Of a stretch of DNA of 64,000 nt, positions 9,057 through 17,447 are shown piece by piece. This stretch comes from Candidatus Bathyarchaeota archaeon. Its GTDB lineage: Archaea > Thermoproteota > Bathyarchaeia > Bathyarchaeales > Bathycorpusculaceae. The DNA is taken from NCBI GenBank assembly GCA_026014725.1, contig JAOZHV010000044.1, positions 28,272-92,271 of the forward strand. The letters are read 5' to 3'. The translations under genes and the position numbers were made by a program. Below the pieces are notes generated by a model. It was not told where the DNA came from and ran no database searches. It saw nothing but the letters and a program-made list of their open reading frames with translations. How positions within the stretch are numbered: the stretch's first letter is position 1; every line of letters starts with the position of its first letter.

Positions 9057-9707
9057 ATGCCCCTAGACAACAAGACAATATCCGAAGCATTAAAACAGGC
9101 AAAAGAAAAATCTGGCGACAGGAAATTCAATCAGACAGTAGACTTAATCTTGGACATCACCGAGATTGATATGAAGGCGCCAGAAGGCAAAATCCAAGAG
9201 GTAGTGGAACTGCCTCACGCTACAGGTAAACCAAACAAGGTCTGTGTTATTGCTTCTGGAGAATTCGCACTCAAAGCCAAGAATGCTAAAGCTGACTTTG
9301 TCCTAGACCGCGCTGATTTGGAAGGTTTAGCGGGTAAAAAGAAAGATTTGCGCAAACTTGCCAGCACCTATGATATCTTCATTGCTGAAGCTCCTCTAAT
9401 GCCGCTTGTCGGCAGGATTCTTGGTCCAGTTTTGGGTCCTCGAGGAAAACTGCCCGTTCCTGTTCCTCCTAACGCTGATATTTCGGCTTTGCTAAACAAG
9501 CACCGTAAAACTGTGGTTGTTAGAATGCGCGCTCAACCAATCATTCAAGTTTCTGTCGGCTCCCAGCAGATGAAAGATGAAGAACTTGTCGATAACATTA
9601 TGACTGTTCTGCGTGTTCTTGATGGAAAACTAAAGCGAGGATTGAAAAACGTGAAATACGCTTTCATCAAGACTTCCATGGGCGAGCCAGTGAAAATTAA
9701 ACCGTAA
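9057..9707 (+). CDS. rpl1: 50S ribosomal protein uL1
   Basis: RKFNQTVDL, LGPVLGPRGK and KTSMG motifs; operon position. Confidence 0.97.
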   Translation: MPLDNKTISEALKQAKEKSGDRKFNQTVDLILDITEIDMKAPEGKIQEVVELPHATGKPNKVCVIASGEFALKAKNAKADFVLDRADLEGLAGKKKDLRKLASTYDIFIAEAPLMPLVGRILGPVLGPRGKLPVPVPPNADISALLNKHRKTVVVRMRAQPIIQVSVGSQQMKDEELVDNIMTVLRVLDGKLKRGLKNVKYAFIKTSMGEPVKIKP

Positions 9708-10588
9708 TGAGTAGAGAAATCATGCCATCCCAACAAGTATTAGAGCAAAAATCAAGCGAAGTAGAAGAAATAAAAGACATACTAAAAGAGTACAAATCCA
9801 TCGGCATAGCTAGCCTGCAAAAGGTTCGCGCTTCCCAACTGCAAGGGCTAAAGAAAAGCATGGCTGGCAAAGTACGTCTCCGTGTTCTAAAGAATACGCT
9901 GATGAAGATAGCCATCGAAGAATTAAACCAAGCTGAGCTAAAGAAGCTTGAAGAATACTTGGACGGATCAAACGTTTTCTTGTTCTCAGACCTTAACCCA
10001 TTCAAACTGGCGCTTATGCTGGAGCGCGGCAAAGTAAAAACCACAGCCAAGGCAGGAGACATAGCCGCTGACGATGTGATTATTCCAGCTGGAAACACAG
10101 GTCAGCCTCCAGGTCCAGTTATTAGCCAATTAAACGCTGTTGGGTTGCCCACAAGAATTGAGTCGGGCAGCGTTTGGGTTAGCAAAGACACGCTAGTTGT
10201 CCGCAAAGGTGAAGTCATAAACGAGCGCCTTGCAGGTGTGCTGTCTAAGCTGGGCATTAAAGCAGTTGAACTCGGCATTTCTATGCGGGCGATTTTCGAT
10301 AATGGTCTTATGATTGATGGTAGCCAACTAACCTTAGACATTGACGCAACCAAGAAAAGCCTTGAATCAAGCACCCAAGAAGCTTTTGCATTGGCACTAA
10401 GCATCAGTTACCCAACGAAAGAAACAATCAAACCGCTACTGCAACAAGCGCACCAAAAAGCAATGGCGCTGTCCATCGGAGCAGCAGTTCCAACAAAAGA
10501 AACCATCGCTGACCTAATCCGTAAAGCAAATGCTGAAATGACAAGTCTAAATAGTGCTGTTGAGAAGGCTAAGCCAAAAACAGCATAA
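9707..10588 (+). CDS. rpl10: 50S ribosomal protein uL10 (P0)
   Basis: KNTL, AKAGDIA, GNTGQPPGP and LSKLGIK motifs; operon position; lacks the acidic C-terminal tail. Confidence 0.96.
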   Translation: MSREIMPSQQVLEQKSSEVEEIKDILKEYKSIGIASLQKVRASQLQGLKKSMAGKVRLRVLKNTLMKIAIEELNQAELKKLEEYLDGSNVFLFSDLNPFKLALMLERGKVKTTAKAGDIAADDVIIPAGNTGQPPGPVISQLNAVGLPTRIESGSVWVSKDTLVVRKGEVINERLAGVLSKLGIKAVELGISMRAIFDNGLMIDGSQLTLDIDATKKSLESSTQEAFALALSISYPTKETIKPLLQQAHQKAMALSIGAAVPTKETIADLIRKANAEMTSLNSAVEKAKPKTA

Positions 10589-10630
10589 CCTTTCCTTGTT
10601 CTATTAATTTTTTAAAGGAGTTAGGTTTTT

Positions 10631-12217
10631 TTAGCCAAGGCATTTTCTAAGCTTAGCTGACTCTACAAGTGATTTTCTTGCCTCGGAGTCTTCTTTTTGC
10701 AGAAATGACAATAGGAAGTTGTTGCTAAAGTTTTCATGTCTTCGCTGGTCAATACCTTTTGGTCCCAGCTTAATGTTGAGGCACTTTTCGACTGTTTTGA
10801 GGTCTTCTTTGGTGTTTGATAAGGCTTCCTTTAGTTTCTCCTCAGTCATACCTGCTCTTTTTGCTACATTGTGGCTCATTTCCATCAGCATGTCAATATT
10901 GTTCCAAGAGACAAATTCGCCCGCTACTTTCAAGTCGTCTTCCATTTTTAGGTAATGCTTCTGCAACAGAGACCATTGTTTGCTGTTCAATGCGGTTAGG
11001 GCTTTCATGCCAATGAATTCTGGAGGCATACCTGCACTATAGAGGGCGGCAGAGAACGCGATGGCTCTGGGTAAGCATACCCCTGCAACGCATCTGCTGT
11101 AGCCGAAGAGTCCAATGTGCAGTTTGCGTGCTCTTCTCTGGGGCACGTAGGCGGCGATGCTGTTTATGAGGGGCGCTATGGCTTCGATTTCTTTTTCATA
11201 TTGCACTCTGAATTTTTCCATTATTCCTACGAGTTGTTGTTCTTCTTCGTGGTCTATGAGTGTTGGTTGACCGTTGGGTAGTCTGCGGTTTAGGTTTTGT
11301 ATGCATTCTTGAACTTTTTCCGTGGGATAATCATAACGGAAGGCTGACTGAATCGTTACAGTGGATAGCCCTTTGTATTCTTCTATGAAGTTGTCGATGT
11401 TTTCTGGTGAGAGGTGTCCTCTGAAGGGTTTTGAGCCTGCGCCGATGATGGGGTAAATTGTCACGTTGCTCTCTTTTTCTGTGTTTTTGAGTTTGCTGAG
11501 GGCAATTTTAGATAAGAGGACGGCGCAGACTAAGCCGTAGTTTAAGGCTGGGTCAGACCTTGCGATGAACACTCTCAGATGTTTCGGTTTAACGGCTTTA
11601 ATGTAGGGGTTGATGATTTTATCTATTTGTAGTACGCTGTCAAAATCTTCCATTAGCGGGATTATCGATATGGTTCTCGGCTTAAATGTGCCTAACCAAT
11701 CCTTTATTTTCGTGTTATCATGCAGTGTCAGCTCTTCGTCGCCAACGATGGCTTTTTTGTAGTAGTTAAGAAGCATAATGAGGTCTTTAGCTTCTGTAGA
11801 GAAGGGCAAAATTACCTCGAAAATGGGCGCAACTTCCCTTTTGTAAACCAGAGTCGCCACATCGTAGGCGATGGGAATGTTTTGGAGCGTTTCAACAAGG
11901 AACTTTTTCTCTGCACCCTCTATTTTGGGGTTTGGAATTCGGTAAGTTAAGTAAACGTCTTCTCCGATAACGTGTTCTGAAAAGAAATCCCAGTACTTCT
12001 GCAGTAGCTTTCTTACTACTCGGGTGTCAACGTCTTTGCCTTCGGCATCCCACATGACTTCTTGGCAGCCAAGCGTCTTGTAGGCGTAGAAGGCTTCATA
12101 GACCTCTACGTTGCCGTCGATTATTTCGTCTTCGCTCCACTCTGGAGCATTGGCATTATCAGGATGCTGGGTTGACATAGTTTTTGGGATTTTAACGTGC
12201 TCATGGATTCGGCTCAT
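10631..12217 (-). CDS. ppcA: Archaeal-type phosphoenolpyruvate carboxylase
   Basis: IPKTMSTQHPDN, MWDAEGK, RVFIARSDPALNYG, PFRGHL, RARKLHIGLFGYSR and LPRAI motifs. Confidence 0.96.
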   Translation of the reverse strand: MSRIHEHVKIPKTMSTQHPDNANAPEWSEDEIIDGNVEVYEAFYAYKTLGCQEVMWDAEGKDVDTRVVRKLLQKYWDFFSEHVIGEDVYLTYRIPNPKIEGAEKKFLVETLQNIPIAYDVATLVYKREVAPIFEVILPFSTEAKDLIMLLNYYKKAIVGDEELTLHDNTKIKDWLGTFKPRTISIIPLMEDFDSVLQIDKIINPYIKAVKPKHLRVFIARSDPALNYGLVCAVLLSKIALSKLKNTEKESNVTIYPIIGAGSKPFRGHLSPENIDNFIEEYKGLSTVTIQSAFRYDYPTEKVQECIQNLNRRLPNGQPTLIDHEEEQQLVGIMEKFRVQYEKEIEAIAPLINSIAAYVPQRRARKLHIGLFGYSRCVAGVCLPRAIAFSAALYSAGMPPEFIGMKALTALNSKQWSLLQKHYLKMEDDLKVAGEFVSWNNIDMLMEMSHNVAKRAGMTEEKLKEALSNTKEDLKTVEKCLNIKLGPKGIDQRRHENFSNNFLLSFLQKEDSEARKSLVESAKLRKCLG

Positions 12218-12335
12218 TCGTTAACCTCAAGCGCATTGTACACTGAAGCTTTGAGAGATAAGAATAGGTCTAACTATCTATATATTTCTAAGAAAAATGG
12301 CTAACGGCTCTGAACGGCTAAGGAATTTTTGGAAT

Positions 12336-12623
12336 CTAATCGATGTGCTCGTGCCTGTGTCTGGGATGATATGTCGCGCGCCAGATTCTGCCTGCAACCG
12401 CTGAAATCAAAGCGACGACGAGGAACGTTACCGCTGTCCAGAACAGGTCTCCGCCGGTGAGGAACCAAACAAGAATCGCTGCTAATGCTGCGACTGGGAA
12501 GGCAAACAGAAAGCCAATGATTATGATTGCGATTAAGCCGATGATTATTAGAATGATTAGTATCCAGAGAAGCGTGGTGGGGTCAGTGGGGATTGCTATC
12601 TGTAGCGCCGATAAAAACGACAA
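12336..12623 (-). CDS. Small membrane protein
   Basis: About three hydrophobic helices, His-rich C-terminus, GAGGTGA upstream. Confidence 0.7.
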   Translation of the reverse strand: MSFLSALQIAIPTDPTTLLWILIILIIIGLIAIIIIGFLFAFPVAALAAILVWFLTGGDLFWTAVTFLVVALISAVAGRIWRATYHPRHRHEHID

Positions 12624-12706
12624 AAAATCACCTCTGTCACCATAAAATTAAGTTTCGGGCGATATTTAACAATTTACTAGCTGTGAAAAATGTGGAAATA
12701 GAAGTT

Positions 12707-13159
12707 TTAATTTAGTCGTTGTCTGTAGCTTTCGTAATCTGGTAGCCTGCGCGGGTAATCTTGGCACATAAGCGGAGATGAAATCAAGAAGTCAGCTGAG
12801 GCACGGTTGCAAGCAATCGGAATGTTCCACACCACTGCCACTCGCAGAAGCGCTTTAACGTCTGGGTCATGGGGCAAAGGAGCAAGCGGGTCCCAAAAGA
12901 AAATCAAGAAGTCGATTGTGCCCTCTGCTATGCGTGCGCCGATTTGCTGGTCTCCACCTAGAGGTCCACTTTCCAGTATGTTAATATCTAAGCCTAATTC
13001 CCGCTCTAGAATTTTGCCTGTGGTGCCTGTGGCGTAGAGTTCATGCTTTTTTAGCGTGCCAATGTTGTATTTTGACCACTCCAACATGTCTTGCTTTTTG
13101 TTATCATGCGCGATGAGCGCTATTCTTTTCTTTTCTGTCATTAACGTAACTTTTGGCAT
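12707..13159 (-). CDS. mgsA: Methylglyoxal synthase
   Basis: [33 protein letters not shown] and [11 protein letters not shown] motifs. Confidence 0.97.
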   Translation of the reverse strand: MPKVTLMTEKKRIALIAHDNKKQDMLEWSKYNIGTLKKHELYATGTTGKILERELGLDINILESGPLGGDQQIGARIAEGTIDFLIFFWDPLAPLPHDPDVKALLRVAVVWNIPIACNRASADFLISSPLMCQDYPRRLPDYESYRQRLN

Positions 13160-13300
13160 AGTGTTCCTCCTTGCTTTTAGCGTGATGGGAGTTTGCTTAT
13201 AATTGTTCCGTTGTCGAACAGGTGGGTTAGCGTTGGGTTTTGGGAATAAAGGTTATGTAGGTAGAGCTATTTAGGGCATAAATAGGGGGAGAAAAAGTAC

Positions 13301-13933
13301 ATGGGGTCACTGAAGAGTCTAGCCCAAGGCTTTCTAGTCGCCACTGGACTGGTTTGGGTCTTTAACATCATTGCACTATTCCATGGCGGCGACGCATGGC
13401 TAGGACTAATGTACCTGCTTATTCTACTTATCCCAGTGACCAGCATAACCATGCTAAAGCTAAACAACCTCCGACAGAGGGCGATTGACGAAAAAGTGAA
13501 CTGGAGGAACCTGCTTTTTGCTTTTCAAGGCGTCGCCTTAGCTTTCTGGATGTTTGATATAATCACGACAGTTTATGCGATTGACGTAACGCGCTTGGCT
13601 ATTGAGATAAATCCGCTGGGTTGGCCACTTGGCATCTTGGGCGCCTTCGCATTTTACGGTCCAACATTGGCGTTCTCGTACGTTTTGCTGTTTAAACTAA
13701 AAGAGAATATCTCTTTTTATGCTGCCATACCGCTAACGTTACTGACGCTTGGCATGAGTGTTATGAACTTGGTGGCGGGTGCACAGAACTTTCAAGTATT
13801 TGTTGACACTGCAGTGCTTGCGACTGACGCACGTTATGGGTTGTTAGGCTTGATTTTAGCGGTGAATTTAGCCGTGCAGCTGGCTTTGAGGCGAGCAATC
13901 CTTTCGCCAAAATACAAAATCGGCAGAGTTTAG
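13301..13933 (+). CDS. Multi-pass membrane protein (DUF5658-like DxxTT...ExNP motif)
   Basis: About six TM segments; FDIITTVYAI...EINPLGW. Confidence 0.7.
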   Translation: MGSLKSLAQGFLVATGLVWVFNIIALFHGGDAWLGLMYLLILLIPVTSITMLKLNNLRQRAIDEKVNWRNLLFAFQGVALAFWMFDIITTVYAIDVTRLAIEINPLGWPLGILGAFAFYGPTLAFSYVLLFKLKENISFYAAIPLTLLTLGMSVMNLVAGAQNFQVFVDTAVLATDARYGLLGLILAVNLAVQLALRRAILSPKYKIGRV

Positions 13934-14067
13934 TCTTCAGGAGACTCCCTCGTTTCTACAAGCTCGGTTTTCGGCATATGCCTCAGAATCTTTTCTTGGT
14001 CAACCTCTGTAATATCATCTCTCTGCGCTTCTTGCCTGTCTTTTTCGCTCATCTTTGCCTTGGGCAA
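13930..14067 (-). CDS. Small acidic hypothetical protein (~45 aa)
   Basis: Perfect GGAGGTGA at 14080-14073 followed by TTG 14067 (or the ATG five codons later), in the frame of track ORF 13930..14151. Confidence 0.5.
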   Translation of the reverse strand: MPKAKMSEKDRQEAQRDDITEVDQEKILRHMPKTELVETRESPED

Positions 14068-14178
14068 TGATGTCACCTCCAAGAAAAAACATCCTACCAA
14101 AACATGGGCAAGCACGAATCTTAAGTGTATGTGACTGCGGCTTGGCACCAACAGATGTTCAGCTTGCGCGCTTTGGAT

Positions 14179-15348
14179 TTAGCCTTCATCTTTTTTAAGC
14201 AGTTTTGAGAAGAGCGGAAGAACCACAATCATAGAACCGATTACGGCGATTGCAGTTAGCGTTAAGAAGTCGGTGCCTACAATTCCCATCGCCACACCTT
14301 CATAAGCAATAATGAACGATAATTCTGCCCTCACTGCAAGTCCGATAGTTGCTGTCCATAATGTTTTACCCTTAAGCCCTGCTAAACGTCCACCTACGAA
14401 GCCGCCTGCAAACCTTGCCAGCAGAGCGACTGCGAGAATTAGTAAACCGATGGGGAGAACCGCTAGCATGCCTACTGGGCTAATCACCAAGCCTATACTG
14501 GTGAAGAAGACAGCTGCAAAAATTTCTTTCATCATAAACAGCCTGTTGGCAAGTTTTTCACCAATTTTTGCATGCGGAATGATAGCGCCCATTATAAAAG
14601 CGCCAGTAACAGCCGCTAATCCTACTTGTGTTGCAACGAAAGCCAGTATTAACCCTAAACCCAGCAGTATAACAAAAATTACCTCGTCAGAGATTACGCG
14701 TTGAAATTTCTTAATCATTATTGGGAATATTTTGGTGCCTATGTATATTGAGGAAAAAATAAACATGGTGGCAACTACGCCAACCTCAAGCAAGTTGATT
14801 CCTGAAAAGGTGCCCTCTGAGATTACTCCTAACACGATGGTGAGGATTAAGATGCCTTCGATGTCATCAAGTATAACTGCCGTCATCAGAGTAGAGCCTG
14901 CTTTTGTATCAACTCTGCCCTCAGCGCTTAAGATGGCGGCTATTACGCTGGTTCCGCTGGGAGCTAAAACTGCGCCCAAAAGAATGGCGGCTTGCCATGA
15001 CCAACCTAATGCAAGTCCAATTCCATAACCAAAAATTACAGATAGGATTACTCCGATTGTTGTTAGTAGGAATGCTTTGGCGCCTACCTTCCAGAAGGCT
15101 GATGCATCAAACTCCACCCCTGTCATGAACAAAATCAGCACCGACCCCAGCACAGCGAGCAAGTTGATAACTGTCAAGTCGGTGACGAGCCCCAGTCCGC
15201 CTGGACCGCCGATGAACAGCCCGACTAAGATGGCGCCGATTACTCCAGGGAGCCTGAGTTTTTTGAATAGTTCTGAGCCGAGCGAAGAAGCAACAATTAG
15301 TAAGCCGACTTGGAAGAGTATGAAAATTGCTGGGTCAACGCTTGACAT
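14179..15348 (-). CDS. Cation:proton antiporter (CPA2, Kef/NapA-like)
   Basis: 12-13 TM segments; LFMTGVEFD, AVILDD, FFTSIG and RAELS motifs. Confidence 0.9.
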   Translation of the reverse strand: MSSVDPAIFILFQVGLLIVASSLGSELFKKLRLPGVIGAILVGLFIGGPGGLGLVTDLTVINLLAVLGSVLILFMTGVEFDASAFWKVGAKAFLLTTIGVILSVIFGYGIGLALGWSWQAAILLGAVLAPSGTSVIAAILSAEGRVDTKAGSTLMTAVILDDIEGILILTIVLGVISEGTFSGINLLEVGVVATMFIFSSIYIGTKIFPIMIKKFQRVISDEVIFVILLGLGLILAFVATQVGLAAVTGAFIMGAIIPHAKIGEKLANRLFMMKEIFAAVFFTSIGLVISPVGMLAVLPIGLLILAVALLARFAGGFVGGRLAGLKGKTLWTATIGLAVRAELSFIIAYEGVAMGIVGTDFLTLTAIAVIGSMIVVLPLFSKLLKKDEG

Positions 15349-15397
15349 ATAGTTAAAAGTTTACGTTAACCTATATTTTGCTTCTGTTGTCTTAATT

Positions 15398-15877
15398 TTA
15401 CAGTCGTTTGGTCATCACGTAGGCGTCTTCGCCGTCTGAGTAGTAGCCGTTAATTGTTCGGGTGACTTCGAACCCTAAGCCCTTGTAGAGTGCTATGCCT
15501 GGCTCGTTGGTGACCCTCACTTCTAAGAAGCATTGTTTAGCCTTGTAATACTGCATGCCTTCCATTGCCTTCTTAATCAGTGCGTGGGCAACGCCTTTGC
15601 GTCTGCTCTGTGGCAGAACTGCAATGGAGACTACGTGTCCTTTGCGTATTAAGCCGCCTAAACCGTAGTTTGATAAGCCAACTTCTATTCTGCACATGAT
15701 GTAGCCAACTATTTTTCCGTTTTCTTCGGCAACAATGAAGGTTTCTGGAAAACGCTGATGCAAATCGATAAAGAAGAAGTCCGTGTAGTTTTCTGGTAGA
15801 CAGACGCGGTTGATTTGCATAACGCTTTGTAGGTCGTCGGGGACGAATTTGCGTAGATTGTAGGTTTGTTGCATCAT
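15398..15877 (-). CDS. rimI: N-terminal acetyltransferase (Ard1/RimI, GNAT)
   Basis: LPENY, GHVVSIAV, RRKGVA, LEVRVTN and YYSDGEDAYVM motifs. Confidence 0.93.
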   Translation of the reverse strand: MMQQTYNLRKFVPDDLQSVMQINRVCLPENYTDFFFIDLHQRFPETFIVAEENGKIVGYIMCRIEVGLSNYGLGGLIRKGHVVSIAVLPQSRRKGVAHALIKKAMEGMQYYKAKQCFLEVRVTNEPGIALYKGLGFEVTRTINGYYSDGEDAYVMTKRL

Positions 15878-15970
15878 TTCGCCTTGCTTACCAAGTTTCA
15901 CCGTTCAGACTTAAAGTTTACGCTTTATATTCCATCAACCACCAAAAGGTCATGAAAAGTAAGTTTTTCT

Positions 15971-17254
15971 TTAAGTTTGGGTTTCTTCGGGCGCCTTAAA
16001 TATCGGTAGCGTGTAGCTGCCCTGCGGCATAGCCCAAACTCTTGCAGCTGAACCTGCAATCTTGAACGCTTCGGCAAGCGCGTCGTTTACGGCGCGTGCG
16101 GTTTTTAGTTTGAATATGCTGGTTGCATAGTAGTCTGGCATGGAAGAAACCAGAATTATCTGGTGATTCTGTAGTGCTTTTAGCAGGTAGTACGCTTTGT
16201 GTCCGCCCATGACAAAGTTGCGCTTAATTTCTCGTTCGACGTTTTTGAGGTCGCCTAGTCTTGTCATCCAGTCGTAGAACACTTGGTGACCGTGCCCATC
16301 ACGGCACTCCGCGACTAGAATGATGACTCCTCCGCGCTTAACTGCATCCAACGAGTTGTCCAATGCTTTGTAGGCTTGGTAGAGGTTTATGTCTGCTGGG
16401 TGTCCGCCTGCGCTTACTACGACTATGTCTGCTCGGCGGTCAATTGTGACGCGGTACATTTCGTCGACGAGTTTAACCGCTTCCATGAAAGCTGCTTCCA
16501 AGTCGCCAGCGAACGCCTTGACGATTTCGCCTTGTTTGTTTTCGACCACGTTGACGATGAAGTTGACTTTGGCAAGTTTTGCTGCTTCAGTCATGTCCAC
16601 GTGCACGGGGTTGCCTTCTAAAATGCCTGTTCTGGCGTTTGCTTGCAGGAGCATGGCGTGGTTGTGTTTTATGGTTTCTTCACCGCACACTGCTGGCATG
16701 ACACTTTTTCTGCCTCCGCCGTACCCCGCATAATAGTGATAGCCAACATCGCCGAGGAGCACTTTCACGTCTGCCTCAGCGAAAACTCGGTTCACAAACA
16801 CCTTGTTGCCATGGGTTTTGGTTGTGCCCACGTAAACCATATCGTTGCCAGTGCAACAGTGGCTGATAGTTTTTACCCGTTTGAGTGCTTCTTGCCCGAG
16901 GAGTTCTTCCGCCTCTTGGGGCGTAACTGCCCGATGCGTTCCACAACCAAAAATAACGGTGATGTTTTCGTCTTTTACGCCTGCACTGTTTAGTTCAGCC
17001 AGAACTGGGAGTAGCATCTTCTCGCTTGGGGCTTTGCGAGTAGCATCATCTACTACGATGGCAACTTTGCTCTCAGGCGTGACCATCTCGCTTAAACGCT
17101 TAGAATTGATGGGTTCTTTTAAGGCTCGCTCTACTTCCGCTTTTGGATCTGGTGCCCCTTGATGCTCTTTAGGCTCGATGGTTCCAAGCAGGTTTCGGGC
17201 TGGAACACGCACGCATACATCGGTTTTTCCGTAGGGAAGCCAAACATCAACCAT
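15971..17254 (-). CDS. larA: Nickel-dependent lactate racemase family protein
   Basis: LPYG, DDATR, GTHR, HYYAGYGGGRKS, DINLYQ and ECRDGHG motifs. Confidence 0.9.
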   Translation of the reverse strand: MVDVWLPYGKTDVCVRVPARNLLGTIEPKEHQGAPDPKAEVERALKEPINSKRLSEMVTPESKVAIVVDDATRKAPSEKMLLPVLAELNSAGVKDENITVIFGCGTHRAVTPQEAEELLGQEALKRVKTISHCCTGNDMVYVGTTKTHGNKVFVNRVFAEADVKVLLGDVGYHYYAGYGGGRKSVMPAVCGEETIKHNHAMLLQANARTGILEGNPVHVDMTEAAKLAKVNFIVNVVENKQGEIVKAFAGDLEAAFMEAVKLVDEMYRVTIDRRADIVVVSAGGHPADINLYQAYKALDNSLDAVKRGGVIILVAECRDGHGHQVFYDWMTRLGDLKNVEREIKRNFVMGGHKAYYLLKALQNHQIILVSSMPDYYATSIFKLKTARAVNDALAEAFKIAGSAARVWAMPQGSYTLPIFKAPEETQT

Positions 17255-17319
17255 GCCAAGTCACGTTTTTAATTTAGATGTACTCGGTGTAAGAAACTAT
17301 TAAGCCTTATCAAACAAAT
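17199..17319. repeat. Direct repeat copy 1 (larA promoter plus first ~18 codons)
   Basis: About 90% identical by eye to 20465-20584. Confidence 0.93.
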
Positions 17320-17447
17320 TAAGCCCGCAACAAAATCAAGAAAAATTAAAACTGAAAACTTGACATTGTTGTTTCAACACTAACATGATTCTTGGGTTTC
17401 TTCAACAAAGAAAAGGGAAAATGGAAAGTGAAGTTTTTTGCTTCACT

